Part shown: in pieces, positions 1-8,999 of the stretch | How the letters are laid out: each line of letters starts with the position of its first letter | Numbering within the stretch: the stretch's first letter is position 1 | IMG/VR virus record: IMGVR_UViG_3300032295_001488 | Location: 1-24,076 of that record | Direction: 5' to 3' (one strand) | Length of the DNA stretch: 24,076 bases | Source: a virus | Taxonomy: Duplodnaviria; Caudoviricetes | Made by a program: the position numbers and the translations under genes | The notes under the pieces: model-generated | The model's input: only the letters and a program-made list of their open reading frames with translations | What the model was told of the DNA's origin: nothing | Database searches by the model: none

Positions 1-558
1 ATCAACGATGTTGGTCAGCAAGTTGCCGACATCATTCGTGATGAGATGGAATACGAGAATATGTTGGAGATCGTCGTAAAAGGTAAGAAAGGGCAGAAGG
101 TTGGCGTTGCCTACGGTGGAGCAAAGACATACAACGGCGTGAAGATGAGCAGCCAAACCAAGAAGATCGGTTGTATCGCCCTCAAGGAGATGGTCGAGGG
201 AGACAAGTTGATACTCAACGACTTCGACCTCATCTCCGAAATCAGCACATTCGTCGCCAAGGCTCAGTCCTATGAGGCAAGTTCGGGATACCACGATGAC
301 TTGGTATCGACCTTGGTCATGTTCGGATGGCTGACCACGCAGCCGTACTACAAGGAATTGGTCAATATTGATGTCCGTAGGCGACTCTATGAGGAGAAAC
401 TAAGGAAAATCGAAGAGGATCTCACTCCATTCGGTTATGTGGATTTTGGTGATGAGGCTGACGAAGCGGAGCGGCTATTGGCGCAGGAATCAGCAGAAAA
501 CAAGAAACAGGGTCGGCGGGATCGGTCGTGGATGTCCGATGCCGACGAGATACTCTGA
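1..558 (+). CDS. gp17: Terminase large subunit, C-terminal nuclease part (5' truncated by window)
   Basis: Frame is open from base 1 (INDVGQQVADIIRDEMEYENML). Carries T4-like gp17 motifs ISEISTF and GYHDDLVSTLVMFGW, and lies directly upstream of the tail sheath gene. Confidence 0.93.
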   Translation: MNDVGQQVADIIRDEMEYENMLEIVVKGKKGQKVGVAYGGAKTYNGVKMSSQTKKIGCIALKEMVEGDKLILNDFDLISEISTFVAKAQSYEASSGYHDDLVSTLVMFGWLTTQPYYKELVNIDVRRRLYEEKLRKIEEDLTPFGYVDFGDEADEAERLLAQESAENKKQGRRDRSWMSDADEIL

Positions 559-570
559 AATAACGAAGGG

Positions 571-578
571 TATAAATA
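571..578 (+). promoter_or_regulatory. T4-type late promoter TATAAATA
   Basis: Exact consensus in the gp17-gp18 intergenic region; an AAGGAG RBS follows. Confidence 0.85.
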
Positions 579-622
579 CCCTCCGACTACCCAAAGTCTA
601 AGAAACCAAGGAGACTACTCAG

Positions 623-2395
623 ATGGCATTCCAACTCTCTCCGGGCGTGAATGTTACGGAAAAGGACCTGACCACAATCGTTCCTGCCGTGGCGACTACG
701 AACGCAGCCTTTGCAGGACTATTCGCATGGGGCCCTGTTGACAAGCGTGTCCTGATCGATAGCGAGAACAACCTCGCTAGACTGTTCGGACTTCCCAACA
801 AGGACAACTTTGCATATTGGTTCACCGCAGCCAACTTCCTCCAGTACGGAAACAATCTTCAGGTTGTTCGCTGCTTGAAGGAGACCACCTCGGCAAAGAA
901 TGCGACCCCTGGCAGCCTCACTTCCGTTCTCATCAAGAACGATGACTATTTCACCGCTGCGGGTGCGACCCTGAACGGCCCCTTCATTGCCCGTTATCCA
1001 GGTGCTCTTGGAAACTCGCTGTCGGTCGAGGTCTGCGGAAGCAAGACTCCAGGATCGGGCTTCAATACTTGGGCATACGCCGATGAATTCGACGGAGTTC
1101 CGAAGTCGAGTGCCTATGCTGAGTCATTGGGTGGTACCGCAGACGAGTTCCACCTTGTGGTCGTGGATAGTTCGGGTCTGTGGACGGGTGCTTCGGGCAC
1201 GGTTCTTGAGCGGTTCTCCAACCTCTCGCTTGCCGAAGACGCACAGGACTTCAGCGGAATCTCGACCTACTATGTGCAGAAGGTCAACGATACCTCACGG
1301 TACATCTTCTGCCCGACCCCTGCTGTTTCGAATGGCTATCTCTCGCTCACGGGCGGTGCCGCTAGCGCAACTCCGTTCTCGACATTCTTGTTCAAGGGTG
1401 CTACGGCATCGGACAATGTGTCGTTCACGAATGCTCGGTATGTACTCTCAGGTGGTGTTGATGAGGCTACGCCGACTACAGCACAGAACTACAAGGACAT
1501 TGCTTTCGGTGGAACAGGCAACGGTTTCCGTGCCTATACCGATCCTGAGAGCACGGATGTCAACCTGCTTCTCGCTGGCCCTGAGTTCTGCCCAACGAAT
1601 ACCTCGGTCAGCGACTCGGTTGCAAAAACCCTCAAGGACATTGCAGATGCTCGCAAGGACTGCGTTGTGTTCTGCTCGGCACCGATCAACAATCCGCAGC
1701 GTACCGAAGATGACAAGTTGGCGATTGCCAAGGCATACCGCAACGACATCGGTTCATCTTCGTATGTCTTCATCGACAGCGGCTACAAGTACATGTACGA
1801 CATCTACAACGACAAGTATCGTTGGGTGCCGCTGAACGGCGACATTGCGGGTCTCTGCGCCCGTAGCGATGCCAACACGGATCCGTGGTACAGCCCCGCA
1901 GGATTCAACCGTGGCAGCATCAAGGGTGTCGTGAAGTTGGCTTTCAACCCGACTCAGACATACCGTGATGAGTTGTACAAGAACAACATCAACCCTGTCG
2001 TGACATTCCCTGGTGAGGGAACGATCCTCTACGGCGACAAGACCGCACAGGCGAAGCCGTCTGCGTTCGACCGCCTCAATGTGCGCCGTCTGTTCATCGT
2101 CCTTGAGAAGGCAATCGCAACCGCTGCGAAGTACAGCCTTTTCGAGTTCAACGATTCGTTCACACGGGCACAGTTCCGTTCGCTCGTTGAGCCGTTCCTC
2201 CGTGATGTTCAGGCTCGTCGTGGCATCATCGACTTCAAGGTCGTGTGCGACGAGAAGAACAACACGCCTGAAGTCATCGATAGCAACCGCTTCGTGGCTG
2301 ACATCTACATCAAGCCTGCTCGTAGCATCAACTTCATCCAACTGAACTTCGTTGCTACGAGAACGGGTGTGTCGTTCAGCGAGGTTGGAGCCTGA
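623..2395 (+). CDS. gp18: Contractile tail sheath protein
   Basis: Starts MAFQLSPGVNVTEKDLT; contains PWYSPAGFNRG and FDRLNVRRLF; ends YIKPARSINFIQLNFVATRTGVSFSEV. Confidence 0.97.
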   Translation: MAFQLSPGVNVTEKDLTTIVPAVATTNAAFAGLFAWGPVDKRVLIDSENNLARLFGLPNKDNFAYWFTAANFLQYGNNLQVVRCLKETTSAKNATPGSLTSVLIKNDDYFTAAGATLNGPFIARYPGALGNSLSVEVCGSKTPGSGFNTWAYADEFDGVPKSSAYAESLGGTADEFHLVVVDSSGLWTGASGTVLERFSNLSLAEDAQDFSGISTYYVQKVNDTSRYIFCPTPAVSNGYLSLTGGAASATPFSTFLFKGATASDNVSFTNARYVLSGGVDEATPTTAQNYKDIAFGGTGNGFRAYTDPESTDVNLLLAGPEFCPTNTSVSDSVAKTLKDIADARKDCVVFCSAPINNPQRTEDDKLAIAKAYRNDIGSSSYVFIDSGYKYMYDIYNDKYRWVPLNGDIAGLCARSDANTDPWYSPAGFNRGSIKGVVKLAFNPTQTYRDELYKNNINPVVTFPGEGTILYGDKTAQAKPSAFDRLNVRRLFIVLEKAIATAAKYSLFEFNDSFTRAQFRSLVEPFLRDVQARRGIIDFKVVCDEKNNTPEVIDSNRFVADIYIKPARSINFIQLNFVATRTGVSFSEVGA

Positions 2396-2404
2396 TTAGC
2401 AGCC

Positions 2405-2412
2405 TCTAAATA
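2405..2412 (+). promoter_or_regulatory. Late promoter (TCTAAATA)
   Basis: TAAATA core just upstream of the AAGGAG RBS of gp19. Confidence 0.75.
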
Positions 2413-2431
2413 GAACAAGGAGTCACACCAC

Positions 2432-3058
2432 ATGTCACAGTTCAGCATTGACGCATTCAGAGCAAACCTCGTTAACGGCGTTGCCCGCAACAACCTCTTC
2501 CTCGTTCAGGGTAACTTCCCGAACGCAGGATTGGGTGCGGTCAACTTCGCAGCAGGAGTTGCAGGAGCATTCCTCGGTGCTGCTGCCGCTGGCGCAATCA
2601 ACGCCGTGGCAGGAGCGGTTGGTGCGGGTAGCCCCAACAATCAAGTTGCCTTCCTCGCAAAGGCGGCTTCGATTCCGAACAGCGTATTGAACATCGGCAC
2701 CGCCAACTACATGGGCCGTCAGTTCAAGTATCCTGCCGACCGAACCTTCAACGATTGGAACATCACCGTCTACAACGATGGTGCATATACCCTTCGCAAG
2801 GCGTTCGAACAATGGCAGAACACCATGAACACCAACAAGACAAACATCGGCCCGAATGCCATGAACACATTCATGACCGATTGGTATGTCTCACCGTTGA
2901 CCCGTGAAGGTAATGTCATCACGACATACAAGTTTGTCGGCTGCTGGCCCTCGACCTTGGGCGAAATCGCCCTCGACATGGGTCAGCAATCTGAGCCGTC
3001 GAACTTCAGCGTGACGATGACCTATCAGTATTACGAGATTGCAAATATCACAACCTGA
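2432..3058 (+). CDS. gp19: Tail tube protein with an Ala/Gly-rich insertion
   Basis: Motifs ARNNLF, YMGRQFKYPADRTFNDWNITVYND, YKFVGCWPS and FSVTMTYQYYE; located between sheath and portal. Confidence 0.93.
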   Translation: MSQFSIDAFRANLVNGVARNNLFLVQGNFPNAGLGAVNFAAGVAGAFLGAAAAGAINAVAGAVGAGSPNNQVAFLAKAASIPNSVLNIGTANYMGRQFKYPADRTFNDWNITVYNDGAYTLRKAFEQWQNTMNTNKTNIGPNAMNTFMTDWYVSPLTREGNVITTYKFVGCWPSTLGEIALDMGQQSEPSNFSVTMTYQYYEIANITT

Positions 3059-3115
3059 TAGAAACATTCTCAAGGAACGCTCTCCCCAGAGTCACAATAG
3101 GAGCGAAGATTCGTA

Positions 3116-4618
3116 ATGGCAGAACTATTTGGCTTCAAACTAGAGCGTACCAAGAAGCAGAAGGAAAACTTCAAGGCACTTAAGTCATTCGTGGTTCCGA
3201 TCACGGATGACGGTGCCATTCCTGTTGAGGCAGGAGGCTTCTACGGTCAATATGTCGATCTTGACGGAACGGTACGCAACGATTTCGAATTGATCATGAA
3301 GTATCGTGAGATGGCGATGGATCCGATCACGGAGATCGCTGTTGACGATATTGTGAATGAAGCAATCGTTCTTGGTGAAAAGAAGGCACCCGTCAAGATC
3401 ATCCTTGACCGCCTGAAGCAACCCGACAGCATCAAAGAGAAGATCCACGAAGAGTTCAGAAACATTCTTCGGGTTCTTCAATTTGAGACCAAGGGCTCCG
3501 ACATCTTCCGTCGTTGGTATGTGGACAGCAGAATCTACTTCCACATCATCATCGATGAGGAGAATCCTCAGAAGGGAATCCTTGAGTGCCGTTATGTCGA
3601 TCCGATGAACATCACGAAGATTCGTGAGTTCAAGAAGGAGACCCTCAAGGACGGAACCAAGGTCATTGCGGGGTATCACGACTTCTATGTCTACAACAAG
3701 GACAACCCCCGTCAGGGCGGAAATGTCAGCGGAACCAAGATCAGCGACGATGCAATCGCATTCTGCTCGTCGGGATTGATGGACAGCCGCTACAAGCGTG
3801 TCGTTGGATTCCTCCACAAGGCAATCAAGCCGCTGAACCAACTCCGCATGCTTGAGGATGCCGTAGTCATCTACCGCATCAGCCGTGCACCTGAGAGACG
3901 AATCTTCTACATCGATGTCGGTAACTTGCCCAAGACAAAGGCTGAAGCCTATGTCAAGGGACTTATGAATCAATACCGAAACCGTCTTGTGTATGACGCA
4001 AACACAGGGGACATTCGGGATGATCGCAAGTTCATGTCGATGCTTGAGGACTATTGGCTTCCTCGCCGTGAAGGTAGCCGTGGTACGGAAATCACGACAT
4101 TGCAGGGTGGAGCAAACCTCGGTGAACTCACCGATGTGATTTACTTCCAAAAGAAACTCTATCGTGCCCTCTCGGTTCCTGTCAGCCGTTTGGAGCAGGA
4201 CAAGCAGTTTGTGCTCGGTCGATCTACGGAGATCACCCGTGATGAGGTGCGATTCACCAAGTTCATTCACAGACTCAGAACTCGCTTCTCGGAGTTGTTC
4301 TTCGACCTCCTGAAGAAGCAGTTGGTGCTGAAGAAGATCATCACTCAGGATGATTGGCCTGACATGCGAGAGTCGATGTACTTCGATTTCGTCAAGGACA
4401 ACCTGTTCACGGAACTCAAGAACAGCGAGGTTCGCCGTGGTCAAATCGAAGAATTGGGCAATATCAAACCATACATAGGTAAGTACTATTCTCACGAATG
4501 GATACGGCGCAACATCCTTGGTCAGTCTGAAGCGGATATTCGGGATATGGATCGGCAGATTGAGAAGGAGCGCAATTTGGGCAAGATCGAAGCCGATACT
4601 TCTCAGTTCGGTCTATAA
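3116..4618 (+). CDS. gp20: Portal vertex protein
   Basis: Motifs LHKAIKPLNQLRMLEDAVVIYRISRAPERRIFYIDVGNLPK and MLEDYWLPRREGSRGTEITTL. Confidence 0.97.
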   Translation: MAELFGFKLERTKKQKENFKALKSFVVPITDDGAIPVEAGGFYGQYVDLDGTVRNDFELIMKYREMAMDPITEIAVDDIVNEAIVLGEKKAPVKIILDRLKQPDSIKEKIHEEFRNILRVLQFETKGSDIFRRWYVDSRIYFHIIIDEENPQKGILECRYVDPMNITKIREFKKETLKDGTKVIAGYHDFYVYNKDNPRQGGNVSGTKISDDAIAFCSSGLMDSRYKRVVGFLHKAIKPLNQLRMLEDAVVIYRISRAPERRIFYIDVGNLPKTKAEAYVKGLMNQYRNRLVYDANTGDIRDDRKFMSMLEDYWLPRREGSRGTEITTLQGGANLGELTDVIYFQKKLYRALSVPVSRLEQDKQFVLGRSTEITRDEVRFTKFIHRLRTRFSELFFDLLKKQLVLKKIITQDDWPDMRESMYFDFVKDNLFTELKNSEVRRGQIEELGNIKPYIGKYYSHEWIRRNILGQSEADIRDMDRQIEKERNLGKIEADTSQFGL

Positions 4619-4627
4619 GGGATATCG

Positions 4628-5311
4628 ATGGACGAACAGACACAAGACATTCTCCAGTCCGTTGTCGAGACCCTTCTCAAGAAGGAGGCTACGAAATTCC
4701 GTGGTCTCGTTCAGAAGGAATTGGCTGCAAAGGTGCATGCCAAAATCGAGGAATTGAAGAAGGCTTTGTCTGGTCAAGCCATCAGCGATTCTCCAACCAC
4801 AGTCAAGGAGGTCGGAGGTGCTATGTCACCATCGGCACCACCCACAACTGTTCCGAACAACGATATGGGCGCACCCTCCCCTGCGCCTGTCAAGCCCCTG
4901 AAGCCGAAGGACATCAAGATTGTCCCAACCGCTGCGGGTGCCAACAAGGACGATGTCTCTCTCGACCCAAACTTTGAGAAGGAATTCTTCGTGACTTCCT
5001 ACAACTACAAGGGTCAGAATGTGATCGTCAAGCAAGTGGGAACAGGCTTCGGAAAGCCTGTTCGCATTTATATCAATGATCGCCGTTGGGAATTCTTCCC
5101 AGGTCCGAAGACCGCTGAGAAAGCGACGAAGTCATACATCGATTCGATGATGAGCGATGCGAAGAAGGATCCTGAACTTGCACGAAGCATGACCGACAAG
5201 GTCAATACAGATAAAAAGCAGGGTGTTGCGGCTGCACCTCCACAAGCAGATGCTGCCAAGGAACCCCCTGCTGCCGCAGGAAAACCCCCATTCAAAGCAA
5301 AGAAGAAGTAA
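4628..5311 (+). CDS. Hypothetical head-region protein (prohead core/internal protein position)
   Basis: AAGG RBS; sits between gp20 and gp21, where T4 has gp67/gp68; helical N-terminus and Pro-rich linkers. Confidence 0.6.
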   Translation: MDEQTQDILQSVVETLLKKEATKFRGLVQKELAAKVHAKIEELKKALSGQAISDSPTTVKEVGGAMSPSAPPTTVPNNDMGAPSPAPVKPLKPKDIKIVPTAAGANKDDVSLDPNFEKEFFVTSYNYKGQNVIVKQVGTGFGKPVRIYINDRRWEFFPGPKTAEKATKSYIDSMMSDAKKDPELARSMTDKVNTDKKQGVAAAPPQADAAKEPPAAAGKPPFKAKKK

Positions 5312-5314
5312 GCA

Positions 5315-6301
5315 ATGAAGACTATTGCAAAATTTCATGTCATGGGTATGTCGAGTGTGGAGTTTAAGTTTGATCCATCCAACCCCAAAGAGGTCGTGTC
5401 TGTCTTTGGAACTGAGACTCGCAAGATACCGACGAAGTCTGTCTTGGAGTGGATTCGCACATACAAGCACATCGACAACATGCCACGGGGTGAATATGGC
5501 ACAGATAAAGTGCACTATGCGGTTGATGATGACGGCGGTTACCAATACACATTCTTCATTGGATCGTATTGGAGTAAGTTGTTCTTCAATCGCCAACAGA
5601 TTCCTGCACTTAAGGGGCAGCGAAAGATGGGAAGCATTAGCATACAGCCCATTTTCCCAAGTCTCTACAGTTACAAGGATTGGCTGAAATCAATAGAATC
5701 GCAACTTCGTATGCGAGAAGGAATTGAGGATGCTCACGATGGCGTTGACATTCACGAAGAAATCGGTGTCGATGCCCGAACAAGCATGTTCAGACGAACC
5801 TTGACTCGTTTGGAGCAAGCCCGTGCTAAACGGGAAAGCAAAACCGATAAGTACATGGGAATGTACGACGATGGCAGCGGCAAGGGTGTGGTTATGCCAA
5901 AACCAATCACATTCAACAAGGAAAGCAGGAGATTCACCGTGGAAATCGACGGACGCACAAAAGGACTTCGTGAAGCGATGAAGCGGGTCGAGATGTACCG
6001 CAAGTTGCGTGAGGAAAAGAAGAAGAAGACCCTCATGAGTTCATGGAAGGAATCGGTCGAGGAGACCGAATCCGTGATTCTTGAGGGAGCATCGCTCACC
6101 AAGGGTCAGATCATGGATGCCGTTGGTATGCAAGGCGGCAAGTTCGAAGTGAGCGAAGAGGAACTTTCTCCGAAGCAGAAGGCTTACCGTGCATTCTTCG
6201 CCAAGGCTCTGAAGAAGTTCGGCAAGGACTCCCCTGCATCGATGGATGATGGTGAGAAGAAGAAGTTCTTCGACTACCTAAAGGCGAATTGGAAGGGCTG
6301 A
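5315..6301 (+). CDS. Putative internal head/prohead core protein
   Basis: Lys/Glu-rich with an internal D-[AG]-R-T repeat, several (I/L/V/M)-x-E candidate gp21 cleavage sites, and a motif shared with gp22. Confidence 0.6.
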   Translation: MKTIAKFHVMGMSSVEFKFDPSNPKEVVSVFGTETRKIPTKSVLEWIRTYKHIDNMPRGEYGTDKVHYAVDDDGGYQYTFFIGSYWSKLFFNRQQIPALKGQRKMGSISIQPIFPSLYSYKDWLKSIESQLRMREGIEDAHDGVDIHEEIGVDARTSMFRRTLTRLEQARAKRESKTDKYMGMYDDGSGKGVVMPKPITFNKESRRFTVEIDGRTKGLREAMKRVEMYRKLREEKKKKTLMSSWKESVEETESVILEGASLTKGQIMDAVGMQGGKFEVSEEELSPKQKAYRAFFAKALKKFGKDSPASMDDGEKKKFFDYLKANWKG

Positions 6302-6732
6302 TGCCGACACTCAAGGTCAACTTCAAGACACCCGCAAAGGCATCGGAGTTCGCAAAGAACTTCGGTGTCGTTGGTGTCAAGGCGACCGTGAAGGTGGACG
6401 GTTCCTCCGTTTCCATCATGTCGAAAGACACCAAGACGCATGATTTCGTAAAGCAGATGGTGGGCGATCTTAAGGGCGAGACGAAGATGGAGTCAACGAT
6501 GTCATCGTTCCTCCTTTCCGTCATCGGCTCCGCAAACAACGAGGCGATTGTGGAGACAAAACTCTACGACGATTCGGTTGTGACGATTGATCCCGAATTT
6601 GCAAGAAACTTCATCAGAATTCATGACAGCCTAAGCAGCGAAGATGGGCAATCCATGCTTCGTGCACTCGCTGTCGAAAGCGTGGACTCATTCAACAAGA
6701 CGAAGGAGTTCGTCGCAGAGGAGCAGGAGTAA
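6301..6732 (+). CDS. Hypothetical head-region protein
   Basis: ATG at 6301 overlaps the previous stop (TGATG); protein starts MPTLKVNF; codon usage matches neighbours. Confidence 0.7.
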   Translation: MPTLKVNFKTPAKASEFAKNFGVVGVKATVKVDGSSVSIMSKDTKTHDFVKQMVGDLKGETKMESTMSSFLLSVIGSANNEAIVETKLYDDSVVTIDPEFARNFIRIHDSLSSEDGQSMLRALAVESVDSFNKTKEFVAEEQE

Positions 6733-6735
6733 ACC

Positions 6736-7161
6736 ATGGCATCAAGACAAGACTTGGTCAAGACACAGAAGAGAGCCGTAGTTAAGTTGGGCTTCAACAA
6801 CGAGAGTGCTGCATACAACCTCGGCGTGACTGGCTCGCTTTTTGATCCGATTGGCGGAACCACAGGCGAAGCATTTGTGAGAGGAATCACAAACAACACC
6901 GCAGCGTTGTCAAGAATCATTTGGACTGCTAGCACGGGTGGATACAACCTCACATGGGCGGGTACTGCGGGTGCAACTGCATTCATGGCATACGGAACCG
7001 ATGGTGTTGTCGATTTTGAGCGCATGACCATGATTAATAATGCAACTACTCCAACAGGCATTTTGACAATCACTCCAACGACAGCACTCACAGGCACCCT
7101 GATTCTTGAGGTTGTCCAAAATTCGGGATCGGTAACCCCACCTGGCTACTTCAGCCTCTAA
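6736..7161 (+). CDS. Hypothetical virion protein (Gly/Thr-rich, beta-like)
   Basis: AGGAG RBS; immediately upstream of gp21 in the head operon. Confidence 0.65.
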   Translation: MASRQDLVKTQKRAVVKLGFNNESAAYNLGVTGSLFDPIGGTTGEAFVRGITNNTAALSRIIWTASTGGYNLTWAGTAGATAFMAYGTDGVVDFERMTMINNATTPTGILTITPTTALTGTLILEVVQNSGSVTPPGYFSL

Positions 7162-7170
7162 GGAATCCCC

Positions 7171-7818
7171 ATGAAACTCATCACAGAAGTAAACGAAGGC
7201 ATCGAAATCATTACGGAAGCCGCCGCAAACGGTGAGAAGAAGTACACCATCGAAGGAACCTTCCTTCAGGGTGACATCACCAACCGCAACAAGCGCAAGT
7301 ATCCGTTTGAGATGCTCAAGACGAAGGTCAACGAGTACATCAAAGAATTTGTCGATCAGAAGAGAGCGTTCGGTGAGTTGGGTCACCCTGAGGGGCCAAC
7401 CATCAACCTTGAGCGTGTCTCGCACATGATCACGGAACTCCACGCCGATGGAAAGAATTTCTACGGCAAGGCAAAGATCATGGACACCCCATACGGAAAG
7501 ATCGTAAAGAATCTTATCGATGAGGGTGCCAAGTTGGGCGTGTCGAGCCGTGGTATCGGTTCAATCGAAGAGAAGAACGGCGTGAATGTCGTAAAGGACG
7601 ATTTCCGCCTATCGACCGCTGCCGACATCGTGGCAGACCCGTCTGCACCTGATGCCTTTGTCCGTGGGGTCATGGAAGGCAAGGAGTGGGTCTATGAGAA
7701 CGGCATTCTGAAGGAAAAGGAAATTGAGGAGATTCGCCGCCAAATCAGCAGAGCATCCGCTCGCAAGTTGGATGAGGCTTGTTTGTCGGCATTCCAACGC
7801 TTCATTTCGAAACTTTGA
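7171..7818 (+). CDS. gp21: Prohead core protease
   Basis: Motifs MKLITE, GELGHPEGPTINLERVSH, LGVSSRGIGS and ADIVADPSAPDAFV. Confidence 0.97.
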   Translation: MKLITEVNEGIEIITEAAANGEKKYTIEGTFLQGDITNRNKRKYPFEMLKTKVNEYIKEFVDQKRAFGELGHPEGPTINLERVSHMITELHADGKNFYGKAKIMDTPYGKIVKNLIDEGAKLGVSSRGIGSIEEKNGVNVVKDDFRLSTAADIVADPSAPDAFVRGVMEGKEWVYENGILKEKEIEEIRRQISRASARKLDEACLSAFQRFISKL

Positions 7819-7823
7819 CCCCG

Positions 7824-7831
7824 CATAAATA
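7824..7831 (+). promoter_or_regulatory. Late promoter (CATAAATA)
   Basis: One mismatch to consensus; precedes the AAGGAG RBS of gp22. Confidence 0.8.
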
Positions 7832-7852
7832 ACCCTTACGAAGGAGAAATCC

Positions 7853-8938
7853 ATGGACTCATTCCACAACGAAGAAATCGAAGAGATCCTTGATGAGGTT
7901 GCTGAGGAAACAGCAGACCTCACCGAAGAGGATTCGAAGACCGCACAGAAGACCAACCTGACGAAGGTTGGAAAGAAGACTCATCCTCCGATCAAGGAGG
8001 AGGAAGAAGAAGAGGAAGAGGAAGAAGAGATCGCTGCCAACGCATCCAAGAGAGGTGCAGGCAAGAACAAATATGCGGGTCTCTACAAGGACGGCACAGG
8101 CAAGGGCGCAATCGTTCCTGAGCCCGTTGCCACCGACACCTCGGATTCTGCTTCGAAACTCGCCGCAAGCGTGAAGGCAAAGAAGGCAATGCGTGAGGAG
8201 ATCGACACCCACATGAACGCAATGTTCGATGGTGAGTCGCTCTCTGAGGACTTCAAGTCGAAGGCTGCAACCATCTTCGAATCTGCTCTCAATGAGCGGG
8301 TTGAGTCGGTTCGTAGCGAACTCCAAGAGGAGTATTCGAACCGTCTTGTCGATGAAGTCGATGAGATCAAGAAGGGTCTCACCGAACAACTCGACTCGTA
8401 CCTCTCGTATGTTGTCGAGGAGTGGATGGAAGAGAACCGTCTCGTTGTCGAGAAGGGCATCCGCACGGAGATCGCTGAGGAGTTCATGCAGGGTCTTCGC
8501 AACCTGTTCCTTGAGCACGACATCGCTGTTCCTGAGACCAAGGTTGACTTGGCTGATCAGTTGGCAGAGACCGTCGAGTCTCTCAAGGGTCAGTTGAACG
8601 AGGAGATGAACAAGAACATCGAACTCAAGAGCGAGGTCGCCAACTATCGCAAGGCATCGATTCTTGAGGAGGCTGCTTCGGATCTTGCCGACACTCAGAA
8701 GGAGCGTTTCGCCGTTCTCGCTGAGGGTCTCGCCTTCGACAGCGAGGACGATCTTCGCAAGAAGGCACAGATCATCAAGGAGTCCTACTTCAGCAGCAAG
8801 AAGCCCGTCCTCAAGGAGGAGGCACTTGCAACCGCAGAGGAAGCCCCGATTGATGAAGTTTCGGGAACCCTAAGCGAGACTCTCTCTGAGTCGATGTCTG
8901 TCTACGCACAAACCCTCTCACGGCTCAATCGCCGTTGA
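7853..8938 (+). CDS. gp22: Prohead core scaffolding protein
   Basis: Motifs LSEDFKSKAATIFESA, YLSYVVEEWMEEN and IKESYF; acidic N-terminus with an 11-Glu run (7997-8029). Confidence 0.95.
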   Translation: MDSFHNEEIEEILDEVAEETADLTEEDSKTAQKTNLTKVGKKTHPPIKEEEEEEEEEEEIAANASKRGAGKNKYAGLYKDGTGKGAIVPEPVATDTSDSASKLAASVKAKKAMREEIDTHMNAMFDGESLSEDFKSKAATIFESALNERVESVRSELQEEYSNRLVDEVDEIKKGLTEQLDSYLSYVVEEWMEENRLVVEKGIRTEIAEEFMQGLRNLFLEHDIAVPETKVDLADQLAETVESLKGQLNEEMNKNIELKSEVANYRKASILEEAASDLADTQKERFAVLAEGLAFDSEDDLRKKAQIIKESYFSSKKPVLKEEALATAEEAPIDEVSGTLSETLSESMSVYAQTLSRLNRR

Positions 8939-8954
8939 CCAAACTGTTCGATTC

Positions 8955-8962
8955 GCTAAATA
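8955..8962 (+). promoter_or_regulatory. Late promoter (GCTAAATA)
   Basis: TAAATA core upstream of the AAGGAG RBS of the major capsid gene. Confidence 0.75.
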
Positions 8963-8999
8963 GAAACTGTACGAAAGTACTCAAAAGGAGAAACCACAA

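Noticed and set aside
987-1835. 282-aa alternative-frame ORF inside gp18, and similar Arg/Ser-rich same-strand ORFs
   Set aside because: Composition is typical of frame-shift shadows of C-ending codons.
3078-3105. Possible hairpin covering the portal RBS
   Set aside because: Only 5-6 bp with a competing fold; too weak to call.
3185-4495. Long antisense ORFs (also 1754-2341, 7859-8518, 9468-10394, 12169-12762)
   Set aside because: They mirror conserved genes in register, as expected from biased codon usage, and show no RBS or protein-like features.
7997-8029. GAR repeat encoding 11 Glu
   Set aside because: Mixed codons; acidic tracts are ordinary in gp22 N-termini.
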